Positions 54,786 to 64,000 of a DNA stretch of 64,000 nt are shown here, piece after piece. Source of the stretch: Alteromonadaceae bacterium Bs31 (GTDB lineage Bacteria; Pseudomonadota; Gammaproteobacteria; Pseudomonadales; Cellvibrionaceae); contig FXAI01000008.1 in NCBI GenBank assembly GCA_900177435.1, forward strand, positions 50,689-114,688, in the 5' to 3' direction. A program made the translations under genes and the position numbers. Every line of letters starts with the position of its first letter. Position 1 is the stretch's first letter. The notes below the pieces were generated by a model that worked only from the letters and a program-made list of their open reading frames with translations, had not been told where the DNA came from and did no database searches.

Positions 54786-55768
54786 TATTTGCTCTCCTGT
54801 ATCACTAACTGGCTTGGCTTGTACTGGGAAATATTTCCGCTGAGGATTTCAACAACGCTGCCTTCGTCGGCTTCGGTGCTGCCGAACATGGATACCACTT
54901 TTACTCGAGCTATTTTTTTGCCGGGTAGCTGAATGTTAAAGCCGGTTTGTGCGGATTTAACCGTCTTTCCTCGTAGTAGTACATCGAACTCCATGCCGGG
55001 TTTCACGCCCTGACTTTTACCGCCTCCCATAAATATAACACCGTCTTCAATGGCGAGAATATTCGACTGCCAGGGTGTACTTGCCAGTAGTTGTGTAAAT
55101 TCATTTACGGCTTCTGCAATGGCTATGGAGATGGCCCGATCGTTAATGGCCGCATCGTAATCGGCTTTTGAGCCAAAACCGGCGACGTTAACATTTTCGA
55201 TAGAGGCTTCCCCTGCACCACTGAATGCAGCAGAAACTTGTGCGGTGGTAGCATCCACCAGGCGTAAATCTACTTTCGCATAGGCTGTTTGCTTTTTACT
55301 GGAAGAAAGAAAGCCAGACTCGCCAGTAGTTCTTCGTCCAAATTCGGTCAGGGAGCCAAGCAGTAGGGCGTCCACGCCAACCAGGTTCAGTTCCTGGCCT
55401 GTAAGTGCGGCTTCATCCTGTAAGCGGGCAATGTCGGGCCTTTCAAAGACTAAAAAATTACCTGATTCGGTCAGTGCTTTGGAAAGCATATCGGTAACTT
55501 GCTTACCAAGAACATCATCATGGTTGTCGCGCAGCAGGCTTTTACCATGCAGTGTCTCATTAGAGACTCTGCCCAGCGCCACCTTGCGCTTGAGATTTAA
55601 TTGTTGTGTCTGTGTTTGCTCCAAAGCCTGTTGCTGAGCTTGCCGTTGTTCTTCCAGGGAGTAACTGCTTTCCTTTTTCTCAACGGGGGGTGACTGGCTG
55701 GCGCAGCCGGCGAATACCAGAGCACAACAAGCGAGTGCTACAGGTGTTGCGAGTGACTGTATTTTCAT
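54785..55768 (-). CDS. CsgG-family (curli-secretion-channel-like) outer-membrane lipoprotein.
   Basis: Lipobox VFAGCAS, then VALGRVSNETLHGK...GKQVTDMLSKALTESGNFLVFERPD, a typical CsgG N-terminal core. Confidence 0.75.
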   Translation of the reverse strand: MKIQSLATPVALACCALVFAGCASQSPPVEKKESSYSLEEQRQAQQQALEQTQTQQLNLKRKVALGRVSNETLHGKSLLRDNHDDVLGKQVTDMLSKALTESGNFLVFERPDIARLQDEAALTGQELNLVGVDALLLGSLTEFGRRTTGESGFLSSSKKQTAYAKVDLRLVDATTAQVSAAFSGAGEASIENVNVAGFGSKADYDAAINDRAISIAIAEAVNEFTQLLASTPWQSNILAIEDGVIFMGGGKSQGVKPGMEFDVLLRGKTVKSAQTGFNIQLPGKKIARVKVVSMFGSTEADEGSVVEILSGNISQYKPSQLVIQESK

Positions 55769-55955
55769 AGCTGGTTCCTTTAGTAGTTAAGCTAATTATC
55801 GTCCGCATTGTTTGAATGCTACGTGAATACCTTAGTGCAATGAATGGTTATTGTGTGTTTTGAAGTGTTAATTGCCAGTTACAAACTGAAACGAAACAGT
55901 GCCTGAAGGCTCAGGCACTGTAGCAGCAAGGGGAAGGAACAAGTAGTATGCGCAG

Positions 55956-57989
55956 CTAGGTGGCTAGCTCGGCAACCTGATAGTCCTTGCTCATGGTTTG
56001 TTGTATGTTAATTGGCACTGGCTCATAGTGGCTAAATTCGATGGTAAAGGAGCCTTTACCGCCTGTCATGGATTTTATCCTAGACTGGTAATCGAACAAT
56101 TCAGCCAGGGGTAGTATTGCTGAAATGTGCACGCGCTGCTTGGTACTGGGTATCGCATTGGTAACAATACCTCGGTGTGAGGAAATATCGCCGGTAATGT
56201 CACCCATAGCCTCCTCGGGAGCCATCACCTCAGCGTTTACCATTGGTTCCAATATCACTGGCACCGCTTTACTCACCGCTTCTATAAAGGCTTTTCGGCC
56301 TGCTGCAACGAAAGCAATCTCTTTGGAGTCCACCGCATGATGTTTGCCATCGTACACACTAACCCGGAGATCTTGCATGGCAAACCCCGCTATGGCGCCT
56401 TCGAGCAGTAGTTGACGAACGCCTTTCTCCACAGCCGGTATAAATTGCCCCGGAATTACGCCGCCGACGATTTTGTTAACAAATTCAAAACCCTCCCCTC
56501 GCGGCAGCGGCTCGACTTCAAGAAATACCTCTCCGAACTGGCCCGCTCCACCACTTTGCTTTTTATGTCGGGCGTGGCCCTTGGCCGGCTGGGTAATCGT
56601 TTCGCGGTAGTCGATGCTCGGTGGCGAGGTTTTTACCGCAACATTGAAAATGCTCTCCATTTTCTCCAGGGCAATTCGCATATGGAATTCACCAACACCG
56701 TGTAACACGGTTTCATTTAAGTTGATGCGGTGTTCAACACGCAGGCTGGGGTCTTCTGCGGCAAGCTTTTTTAGCGCCTCAGATAACTTTTGCTCATCGC
56801 CACGTCGAGTCGTCTGCACAGCAAGGCCATACATTGGTGCAGGAAAGTCCAGTGATTTCAGGTGGATATGATCGTCTTCATGTGAATCGTGTAGCACCGA
56901 GTCGAATTCAATTTCGTCAATTTTGGCGATAGCACAAATATCACCGGGTAACGCGCTGTCTATTTCCTCTCTCTGTGCACCTTGAACCTTGTAGAGGTGG
57001 CTTACCTTGAAAGCTTTGCGTCCATCGCCTATGAACAGCTGGCTGTCGGGTTTGATCTCTCCCTGGTGTACCCGCATAAGCGCGAGGCGCCCCATAAAGG
57101 GATCTACAGATACTTTAAAAACATGGGCAAGAATATGGTCTTCTGCTTTTTCTGAAAGCTCAACAGGCGCATCGCCTTTTAAAAATAACGGGGTATTGCC
57201 TTCGAGGGGGTTGGGCATGAGCTCAGTAAGTATTCTAACCAGTTCCGGGATACCGGTGCCTTCGCGAGCAGAGACAAAACAGATGGGAATGAGGTGTTGG
57301 CTGCGAAGGGCTTTTTCAAAAGGGTCGTGCAGCTGCTTGGGCTGTAACTCTTCTCCCTGCTCTAGGTATAAGGCCATGAGATCCTCGTCCACCTCCACAA
57401 CCTGATCGACCAGTGCGTCGTGGGCCTGGCTTACACTGCAGAACTCGGTATCGGTTTTTTGCGGCGCAAAGTAGCAGTCTACTATCGACTCGTGGCCCGG
57501 AACCGGCAGGTTTAGCGGTAGGCATTCTCCTCCGAATTGCTGTTGCAGAGCTAATATAAGTTCGCTCAGGTCGTAATCTGCTGCATCTATTTTATTGATG
57601 ATTATCAGGCGGCACTTGTCTCGTTTTTTGGCAATGTTCATCATGCGTTCTGTAACCATTTCAATGCCAGTTTGTGCATCGATAATCACTGCTACGCTCT
57701 CTACCGCAGGAAGGACACTGATACTGCGCCCAATAAAATCCGGGTAGCCCGGTGTATCTAGCAAGTTCACATGTACATTGTTGTGAGTGAAGCTGCACAC
57801 GCTAGTTTCTACAGAATGTTGAAGTTGTTTGGATTGAGTATCGTGATCTGTGACGGTGGTGCCCCGTGCGATTTCTCCCAGTGTGTTAATGGTTCCGCAC
57901 TCAAACAGCAGTCGCTCGATAAGGCTGGTTTTACCGCAACCAGTGTGCCCTGTAAAAGCGATATTTCTGATAGATTCAGTCGTAGTCAT
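55956..57989 (-). CDS. Elongation factor G-like translational GTPase (EF-G paralog).
   Basis: G1 AFTGHTGCGKTS, G3 DTPGYPDF, G4 NKID; EF-G domain II-V layout over 677 aa. Confidence 0.85.
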   Translation of the reverse strand: MTTTESIRNIAFTGHTGCGKTSLIERLLFECGTINTLGEIARGTTVTDHDTQSKQLQHSVETSVCSFTHNNVHVNLLDTPGYPDFIGRSISVLPAVESVAVIIDAQTGIEMVTERMMNIAKKRDKCRLIIINKIDAADYDLSELILALQQQFGGECLPLNLPVPGHESIVDCYFAPQKTDTEFCSVSQAHDALVDQVVEVDEDLMALYLEQGEELQPKQLHDPFEKALRSQHLIPICFVSAREGTGIPELVRILTELMPNPLEGNTPLFLKGDAPVELSEKAEDHILAHVFKVSVDPFMGRLALMRVHQGEIKPDSQLFIGDGRKAFKVSHLYKVQGAQREEIDSALPGDICAIAKIDEIEFDSVLHDSHEDDHIHLKSLDFPAPMYGLAVQTTRRGDEQKLSEALKKLAAEDPSLRVEHRINLNETVLHGVGEFHMRIALEKMESIFNVAVKTSPPSIDYRETITQPAKGHARHKKQSGGAGQFGEVFLEVEPLPRGEGFEFVNKIVGGVIPGQFIPAVEKGVRQLLLEGAIAGFAMQDLRVSVYDGKHHAVDSKEIAFVAAGRKAFIEAVSKAVPVILEPMVNAEVMAPEEAMGDITGDISSHRGIVTNAIPSTKQRVHISAILPLAELFDYQSRIKSMTGGKGSFTIEFSHYEPVPINIQQTMSKDYQVAELAT

Positions 57990-58356
57990 GACTTAGCCCT
58001 GCCTCTTTTCTTATGTATTCCTTCCCAGTTTGACTGATTCATATTTGTTCAGGTTGATAAATATCAAAGGTGTTAGCGGGCTGTGGCGCGTGTCTCCGCA
58101 TGGTGGTGTACTGGAAAAAAATGGAGGTTGGTAAATTTGATGAACTGGTGGTGAGAATTACTATTTATATTTGTGAAAATTATTGAACAGCCGCCGTTAG
58201 CGGCAGGTCCTTCTAAATAATATCTATAAAAATCAATAGGATAGGATATTTTTAAAAGTTGGCACAGTTCCTGATATGTCTCCTGCGTATCAGTAAATAT
58301 TAAATGGCCGCACAGCGGTTACAACGTTCTTTAGGAAATTTTATCAGGAGATCATC

Positions 58357-58638
58357 ATGAGCAAACTATTTACACACATCGTCTTTACCCTTGCTGTTTC
58401 CACCATTGCTGCCTTGAGCACCAGTGCCATTGCGGATGAAAAAGTTCAGCAGGTTTCAGCCAACGATAGCATCGAAAATTACACTGCAGAGCTGCTTCCG
58501 ATGGTACAGCGAAAACTTAATGAATTTGATGCGGAAATTGAGACAGTGAAGGTAGAGCGAGTAATAAAAACCGAAAAACTTTCAGTTGAAAAGCCTCTTG
58601 CAGGCAGTAGCGACGAAAGCCTTTGGGCTTTTAACTAG
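58357..58638 (+). CDS. Small secreted protein, paralog 1.
   Basis: Signal peptide MSKLFTHIVFTLAVSTIAALSTSAIA. It shares ELLPxxQxKLxxFDxEIxxVxVE with the next ORF. Confidence 0.45.
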   Translation: MSKLFTHIVFTLAVSTIAALSTSAIADEKVQQVSANDSIENYTAELLPMVQRKLNEFDAEIETVKVERVIKTEKLSVEKPLAGSSDESLWAFN

Positions 58639-58661
58639 TCGCAGCTTAAAAAACAGGGAAA

Positions 58662-58904
58662 ATGGAGAAAATTATGAGTAAGTTTATTTCTAACACTATT
58701 TTTGTTGTATTTGTGTCTGCATGGCTTGTTAGCGGCGTGAGCGCAGACGAAGGGAGCACACAAGTCGAGGCCGACAATTTGAACCCCTTCTCTGTAGATT
58801 TGCTACCGGTTGCTCAAAGCAAGCTTAGTGATTTTGAGCGAGAAATTGATCGGGTAGGTGTAGAGCAAGATTCAGAAAAACAGGAGAACTCTCGCAAAGA
58901 CTAG
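58662..58904 (+). CDS. Small secreted protein, paralog 2.
   Basis: Signal peptide MSKFISNTIFVVFVSAWLVSGVSA. Conserved DLLPVAQSKLSDFEREIDRVGVEQ. Confidence 0.45.
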   Translation: MEKIMSKFISNTIFVVFVSAWLVSGVSADEGSTQVEADNLNPFSVDLLPVAQSKLSDFEREIDRVGVEQDSEKQENSRKD

Positions 58905-59004
58905 CGGAAGGTATTCGTTACCTTGTTGCGAGGGGTGTTGAGTAAACTGCTCCGTTGGCGTTGTGTTACTATAGTGAATCTATGGTAGTTCAGCGCCTTT
59001 TTTT

Positions 59005-60438
59005 ATGTGTAGGAAAACAGTTCTTTTTTTAATTTTATTTGCTCCGCTGTTTAGCTTGGCGCAAGGTTCAGGTTCGTTTGAGAGATGGCAGTCCGTAAGT
59101 CTTGCAGATAATAAAATTGGACACCGCTGGTTAAATATAGAATACAGAGAAAGACAAGTAGTAAGTCACCAAGTGCTCGAAATTGAAACCAAAGTTCCGG
59201 GTGAGCCCGTCAGGAAATCTACAATCACTCTTGAATATATCGAAACACTTAGCGGTGAACCGGTAGCTATAAATAAAAAAGTAGAGTCTGAATCGGCAAA
59301 CTATCTGATGCAGGCGCGTGTGGCTGGGGCAGTGCTGAAGGTTAAATTAAAAAGCGGTGGCAAGGTAAAGTCAGAGCGCTTTGCTATACCCGATAACTTT
59401 ATAATGCCACGGGGGCTGCAGAAAAGGCTGCTTGCACACAAGGGAAATGATAAACAACTTGAATACTCCAATTGGAGTTTCAGTAAAATGGGCTTTGAAA
59501 AAAATCATATCACTTGGCGAGAGGAGCGGCTCACCGGATATTCTTCGGTACACTGGCGTATAGATAAACGCAAAGAGAATATACTCGAGCCTACCGTATT
59601 GTATGCCGATGAACAATTTACTGTATTGCGCGAAGTATCTCGCGTTACCGGCAAGGACTTTGTTATAGAAACCTGTGATAAAGCCTGTGCGCTTTCGGCC
59701 GCAATTCCACTAAAAAATGTCTACAGCCAGTTGGTGCGCTCACCATATAGAATTCCTGACGCAGTTTTAAAAAGAAGAATTCGCTATACCCTGCGCAGTG
59801 ATTACCCGTTGAGCCTGCCACAAACCTTCGAGCAAAAAGTACGTGTTACCCCGGAAGGTGTCCAGGTAGAGGTTTGCAGTGATTGCGGCGCAGAGTCGGC
59901 GCCGGCGCCGCTCGAGCTGGAGAACGCGCTTCAAAACAGTTTCTGGCTAGATTACACAGATGCAGCGCTGCAAAAGCAGTTGGGGAAATTATTTTCAGAT
60001 CCACTGCCGCCTGCTGAAAAAGTAATGACGCGTCTGGAAACGTTTGTGTCACGGCACATGAAAAAAGGGCCGGTAAATTACTCTGGTTACGCTCCTGCCT
60101 CGGAGGCCTTCAAAAGTCGAAGTGGTGATTGTACCGAGCAGGCGCTACTGCTGGCGGCAATGGGGCGTGCTGCCGGGGTGCCCACCCGAGTCGCAGTGGG
60201 TTTGGCGTATTCTAACGAACGTTTTTATGGCCGCTCTCATGTCTTCGTGCCGCATGCCTGGGTTCAAGCCTGGGTAGGGGACAAATGGAAGAGTTTTGAT
60301 AGTGGTATGGAAGGTTTTACTTCCGGCCATATCGCTCTGGGGCTGAGCGATGGAGAGCAGGGAAAGTATATGGAGATAATGCAACAGCTGCACGCCTTGG
60401 AAATATCCTCAGCAGCGCAGCTGAAAACGAAGAAGTAG
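59005..60438 (+). CDS. Secreted transglutaminase-like cysteine-protease-superfamily protein.
   Basis: Signal peptide MCRKTVLFLILFAPLFSLAQG. Catalytic-triad context SGDCTEQALLLAAMGRAAGVPTR...HAWVQAW...FDSG. Confidence 0.7.
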   Translation: MCRKTVLFLILFAPLFSLAQGSGSFERWQSVSLADNKIGHRWLNIEYRERQVVSHQVLEIETKVPGEPVRKSTITLEYIETLSGEPVAINKKVESESANYLMQARVAGAVLKVKLKSGGKVKSERFAIPDNFIMPRGLQKRLLAHKGNDKQLEYSNWSFSKMGFEKNHITWREERLTGYSSVHWRIDKRKENILEPTVLYADEQFTVLREVSRVTGKDFVIETCDKACALSAAIPLKNVYSQLVRSPYRIPDAVLKRRIRYTLRSDYPLSLPQTFEQKVRVTPEGVQVEVCSDCGAESAPAPLELENALQNSFWLDYTDAALQKQLGKLFSDPLPPAEKVMTRLETFVSRHMKKGPVNYSGYAPASEAFKSRSGDCTEQALLLAAMGRAAGVPTRVAVGLAYSNERFYGRSHVFVPHAWVQAWVGDKWKSFDSGMEGFTSGHIALGLSDGEQGKYMEIMQQLHALEISSAAQLKTKK

Positions 60439-60442
60439 AGAT

Positions 60443-60643
60443 TTATTCTTCGATAACGGGAAGTTCTTCCAGAGCTTGCTCGTCAGCGGCTTCAATATCG
60501 GCAGCTTCGCCGGCATCGCGGCTCTTAACAGCACCCATGACAGTCATTTCTTCGATCTGTTGAGTTGCATCTTCGGCAAAAACACTTGCGGAACCTAGGG
60601 TCAAGCAAAACGCAAGAAGGCATAGTGCAGCAGATTTAAACAT
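60443..60643 (-). CDS. Small acidic secreted protein (66 aa).
   Basis: Signal peptide MFKSAALCLLAFCLTLGSASVFA, followed by a highly acidic 40-aa tail. Confidence 0.35.
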   Translation of the reverse strand: MFKSAALCLLAFCLTLGSASVFAEDATQQIEEMTVMGAVKSRDAGEAADIEAADEQALEELPVIEE

Positions 60644-60944
60644 AAATTCTCCTCGCCTGGCAGGGCGTAAATTTGGTCGTATACAGCAAGATAGTGACTA
60701 CCTCAGCAAGTAAAATTTTGGTGAGGTAAGTGTCCGCAAAAAATGGCGAAACGGGCTAATTAATGCCTTGGAGCCTTGTTTCGCAGTAAATACAATTAAC
60801 CTGTAAATCTTTTAACATCTGTTTGTTACTAAAAAATGACTCTATTGTTACCTTTGTGTTACAGCTATGTGACAAGCCCGAGGCTCGGGCTTTGTGCACA
60901 AACCTGGGCAGCATAAGCGCGGGTTTATACATAAAAGTGTCATA

Positions 60945-62132
60945 ATGGGGCGGTGTAATGCGGGGCCAACCGAAGGGATAAGCGTTTTGTTATTTGCCAT
61001 TTACCTTAGTTTTCTTCAGTGCTTTTTATTCGCAGGCCGTCTTTGCCCTTCGCTGCCGCTGGCGGGAAAGAGGAAGATACCCTTGCGTCTATTGATCTTC
61101 CTTGCTGTTTGGTTGCTCTCTGGGCTACTTGCCTTGCTGCATGCCATCGGGTTTGTATTTGATGAACTGCTTTTCTGGCGATATCGCAATATTCGGGTAA
61201 AAGCCACATTTATTGTGGGTATTCCTCGCAGTGGCACCACCTGGCTACACAGGGTAATGGCGGCGGACAAGCGCTATACCAGTCTCACCTTGTGGGAGAG
61301 TATATTGGCGCCGTCCATTTCTGAACGCTACTTCTACAGTGCTATGGCTCGTCTGCTTAGCCCTCTTGGCAGCGCGGCAGGGGCGGTTTCGGCAAAGCTG
61401 CTGGCTAACTTCGACGCCATCCACGCACTTCGTTTGAATGAGCCAGAAGAGGATTTCCTGTTGTTCGCGCCTGTTCATGGCTGCTTTCTAGGTGTATTGC
61501 TTTGCCCTGAGTCTCCGTACTACTGGCAGTTTGCCTACTTCGACCAGCAACTGTCTGTGCGGCTCAGGCGGGCTTACATGAGCTACTATCAGCGTTGCCT
61601 TCAGAAGCATTTATTCTTCCACGGCGCAAATAGACAACTTCTTAGCAAGAATCCTTCGTTTACCCCCATGATTGAATCTCTGCGTAAGCAATTCCCAGAT
61701 GCCTCCTTTATTGCATGCGTGCGCAACCCTCAGGAGGCTGTTGCAAGCCAGTTAAGTTCGCTTCAACCAGCGATGAAATTCTTGGGCTACAACCAGTTGA
61801 GTAAGAGCTTCTGCTCCCAGCTTACGCAAATGCTCAGGCACTATTATCAGGAGATTGCATTGAAGCGGCGGAGGGAACTGATAATTGTAGATTTCGTGGA
61901 GCTTTGCGATCATCTGGAAGACTTGCTCATCGCTATCTATCGCAAAATGGAGCAGCCCATTAGTGAAGAGTATGCATTGGAGCTGAAACGATTCTCTGAT
62001 AAAGGGCGACGTTACAAGAGTAAGCACACGTATAAGTTGGAGCAATTTGGACTAAAAGAAAACGAGATCAGCACAAAGTTTAAAGCTTGCTGGCCCTTTG
62101 ACACATCAATAATGAAAACAATAAAACCGTGA
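60945..62132 (+). CDS. Sulfotransferase-family protein with an N-terminal membrane anchor.
   Basis: GIPRSGTTWLHRVM is the 5'-PSB P-loop of sulfotransferases. TM helices precede it. The start is uncertain (60894 or 60945). Confidence 0.6.
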   Translation: MGRCNAGPTEGISVLLFAIYLSFLQCFLFAGRLCPSLPLAGKRKIPLRLLIFLAVWLLSGLLALLHAIGFVFDELLFWRYRNIRVKATFIVGIPRSGTTWLHRVMAADKRYTSLTLWESILAPSISERYFYSAMARLLSPLGSAAGAVSAKLLANFDAIHALRLNEPEEDFLLFAPVHGCFLGVLLCPESPYYWQFAYFDQQLSVRLRRAYMSYYQRCLQKHLFFHGANRQLLSKNPSFTPMIESLRKQFPDASFIACVRNPQEAVASQLSSLQPAMKFLGYNQLSKSFCSQLTQMLRHYYQEIALKRRRELIIVDFVELCDHLEDLLIAIYRKMEQPISEEYALELKRFSDKGRRYKSKHTYKLEQFGLKENEISTKFKACWPFDTSIMKTIKP

Positions 62133-63280
62133 AAATGAGTGATGCCAATAGTGACGATAATCCACATTCTGTAAATTCGATTAGCCGGCTTGAAAACCTG
62201 AACGTTGCGATTATTTCCGATGCAGCTCCGGGGCGAAATGGCGTAGGCACTTTTTATGCGGATCTGTTGCAGCACCTGGAGAGCCGAGTTAAACGCATCA
62301 AGCTGCTGTGCCCAACCATAGAAAAGAATGGTAAGTGGAATGCGGGCTTAGTACTGCCTTTGCCGGGTGATGCTACGCAAAAACTCTGTATGCCTAACCC
62401 CTTTTCCCTTCAGCGCCAGTTAGGTGAGATTAAACCAGATATTGTAATTTTGGCCACGCCGGGCGTTTATGGTTTGTTAGGGGCTTTTCTCGCTGGCAGG
62501 ATGAAAATTCCTGCCATTGCCGGTTTTCACACATCCTTTGAGGAATTGACACGCCTGTATTGGAACAACAGTGCAGCTGGCCAGGTGGTACACAGTTATT
62601 TTAAAGTATCCAATAATTACCTGTTTAAAAGTTGCCGCCTTGTGCTCGCTAACTCTGAAGCAATGGTACAGCAGGCAGAGCAGTTAAATGCGCCGGCAAC
62701 GGAACTCATCAGTACACTTATTTCCCCCCTGTTTACGGACACACCGTTGCGACCCTACGCTGGCGAGTTTAAGCGTGTGTTGTTTGCCGGACGTCTGGCG
62801 CCAGAAAAAAACATCGATACCATTATTCAGGCTGCAGAGAAAATGCCCCAAGTAGCGTTCTCTTTTGCCGGTGATGGCCCCCTGCGGGAGCAGCTGGATA
62901 GTGCCGCTAACTCCCATAAAAATATTAAAACACTGGGGTGGTTGAATCGAGATAAGCTAAGGGAGCAAATTGACCAGCATGATTGTCTGGTTTTGCCCTC
63001 GCATTTTGAGTCCTTTGGTACCATTGCGCTTGAAGCTATGGCTCGACAACGCTTAGTGGTGGTTTCTTCCCATTGCGGGATTGCGGATTCGCCGGCACAT
63101 TCTGACGGTCTCTATATAATGAATAATGCAAGCCTGCACGCTGTGCTCGAAAACATTGCAGCGCAATCGCCAGAGCTGCGTATATTGAAAGCGAAAATTG
63201 CGTTGAAAATTACTCAGGCCCTTAACGAAAAGAGCTTGAATCATTGGTCTGAAGTATTCTGCCGCATTATCTCTCGGTAG
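62129..63280 (+). CDS. GT4-family glycosyltransferase.
   Basis: C-terminal EX7E-like region LPSHFESFGTIALEAMA. 4-bp overlap with the sulfotransferase gene. Confidence 0.75.
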   Translation: MKMSDANSDDNPHSVNSISRLENLNVAIISDAAPGRNGVGTFYADLLQHLESRVKRIKLLCPTIEKNGKWNAGLVLPLPGDATQKLCMPNPFSLQRQLGEIKPDIVILATPGVYGLLGAFLAGRMKIPAIAGFHTSFEELTRLYWNNSAAGQVVHSYFKVSNNYLFKSCRLVLANSEAMVQQAEQLNAPATELISTLISPLFTDTPLRPYAGEFKRVLFAGRLAPEKNIDTIIQAAEKMPQVAFSFAGDGPLREQLDSAANSHKNIKTLGWLNRDKLREQIDQHDCLVLPSHFESFGTIALEAMARQRLVVVSSHCGIADSPAHSDGLYIMNNASLHAVLENIAAQSPELRILKAKIALKITQALNEKSLNHWSEVFCRIISR

Positions 63281-63291
63281 GTGGAGGTTGA

Positions 63292-63984
63292 GTGCACGCA
63301 CTGGTTTCCATTCATGATGTTGCGCCTTCAACGCTCTGTCATGTAAACAGGATTATCGAACGGCTGCCTGCAGCCTGTTTAACAAACTTGGTGTTGTTAA
63401 TAATTCCCGGTAATAAATGGAGCCCCAAAGATATTACTCACTTGAGGCGATGGCAAGAGCGAGGCTTCATTCTCGCAGGGCATGGCTGGCTGCATCACTG
63501 TGAGCAGGTGCGTGGCTGGTACCACCAACTGCATTCCGCGCTTCTGTCTCGAAAGGTGGCCGAGCATCTGATGCTTAATGAGCACCAGATTGCGGAGCTA
63601 CTTAACAAAAATTATGATTGGTTTGCCCGGAACAAGCTGGATGCGCCGAATTATTATGTGCCGCCAGCCTGGGCCATGGGCAGTGTGAGCGCAAAAACTC
63701 TAGGCGAGAGCCCGTTTCACTATTTTGAAACAAGCTTGGGGATACTCAATGCACACTCTGGACGCTTAAAGAAGCTTCCCTTAAGTGGTTTTGAGGCAGA
63801 CAACGCTTTTAGAACCGTATCGCTGAGGTGTTGGAACTACTTAAACGTTCATGCTGCCTCTGCAGGTAGACCTCTTCGTATTGGTATTCACCCCTACGAC
63901 GATAATTTGCAACTCGCCAGGCCAATGTGGCAGCTGCTGAGCAAGGTTACACACAATTGGCACTATTCTGCGGTGTTCGATTAG
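63292..63984 (+). CDS. Putative polysaccharide-deacetylase-like (DUF2334/NodB-fold-like) protein.
   Basis: SIHDVAP...IIPGNKW...GHGWLH pattern. Weak family call. Confidence 0.35.
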   Translation: MHALVSIHDVAPSTLCHVNRIIERLPAACLTNLVLLIIPGNKWSPKDITHLRRWQERGFILAGHGWLHHCEQVRGWYHQLHSALLSRKVAEHLMLNEHQIAELLNKNYDWFARNKLDAPNYYVPPAWAMGSVSAKTLGESPFHYFETSLGILNAHSGRLKKLPLSGFEADNAFRTVSLRCWNYLNVHAASAGRPLRIGIHPYDDNLQLARPMWQLLSKVTHNWHYSAVFD

Positions 63985-64000
63985 GCGCGTGTGCGTGCGT

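Noticed and set aside
1-64000. CRISPR arrays, rRNA and tRNA genes, transposases or integrases.
   Set aside because: No regularly spaced direct repeats with unique spacers, no tRNA cloverleaf-like conserved segments, and no transposase or integrase-like translations were seen in the ORF set. The only mobile-like feature is the small inverted-repeat element at 23249-23523.

Overview
This 64-kb window is a gene-dense chromosomal segment from a Gram-negative gammaproteobacterium, with about 60 protein-coding genes and no rRNA, tRNA or CRISPR arrays that I could recognise. My guess at the organism is a Cellvibrionaceae-like polysaccharide degrader. That guess rests on a GH51 arabinofuranosidase, poly-serine linkers, many lipoprotein signal peptides, a TonB-dependent receptor, an arsenic-resistance operon and a RegB/RegA-like two-component system. 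Gene products are assigned by reading the supplied translations against family motifs I know; no searches were run.

The main recognisable blocks are:
- a secreted lipoprotein followed by a TonB-dependent receptor (0.6-5.1 kb);
- an LpxH-like phosphoesterase, a GH51 alpha-L-arabinofuranosidase, a GNAT acetyltransferase, a DUF3833 lipoprotein, TatD, TcdA and an FMN glutamate-synthase-family protein (5-12 kb);
- the conserved pbpC / alpha-2-macroglobulin (yfhM) pair (13-20.3 kb);
- an HExxH protein, a GFA-family protein and a LysE exporter (20.4-22.7 kb);
- a tightly packed minus-strand cluster of about 12 kb (23.5-35.5 kb), described below;
- a divergent poly-Ser-linker zinc-metalloprotease-like lipoprotein (35.8-38 kb);
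- a REC-TM hybrid protein with a RegB/RegA-like kinase and regulator, a MATE exporter and an outer-membrane protein (38-43.9 kb);
- the operon arsR-arsC-acr3-arsH (43.9-46.5 kb);
- an HDAC-family protein, a DCC thiol oxidoreductase, egtB-egtD for ergothioneine and a PhzF-like protein (46.6-51.3 kb);
- a standalone PAAR-like DUF4150 protein, a degenerate PAS histidine kinase, a CsgG/DUF4810/DUF799 lipoprotein cluster and an EF-G paralog (51.4-58 kb);
- small secreted paralogs with a transglutaminase-like protein, a sulfotransferase, a GT4 glycosyltransferase and a deacetylase-like gene (58.3-64 kb).

The most interesting candidate for an undescribed system is the minus-strand cluster. Its upstream half carries a possible regulator, a YjfJ-like PspA/IM30 protein, a YjfL-like membrane protein, a YqiJ-like NfeD membrane protein and a YqiK-like flotillin. 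Its downstream half is a five-gene unit that begins after a terminator following the flotillin gene and looks translationally coupled at both junctions. That unit encodes a glycine-zipper mini-protein, a 1772-aa coiled-coil giant with a C-terminal AAA+ (MoxR/AAA_5-like) ATPase, a rhomboid protease, a single-HKD PLD/Nuc-like protein and a tandem zinc-ribbon protein.

The cluster has a divergent promoter with three TTACATGTAA-type palindromes. An inverted-repeat MITE-like element sits at its 3' end, and its arm motif recurs near 5.16 kb.
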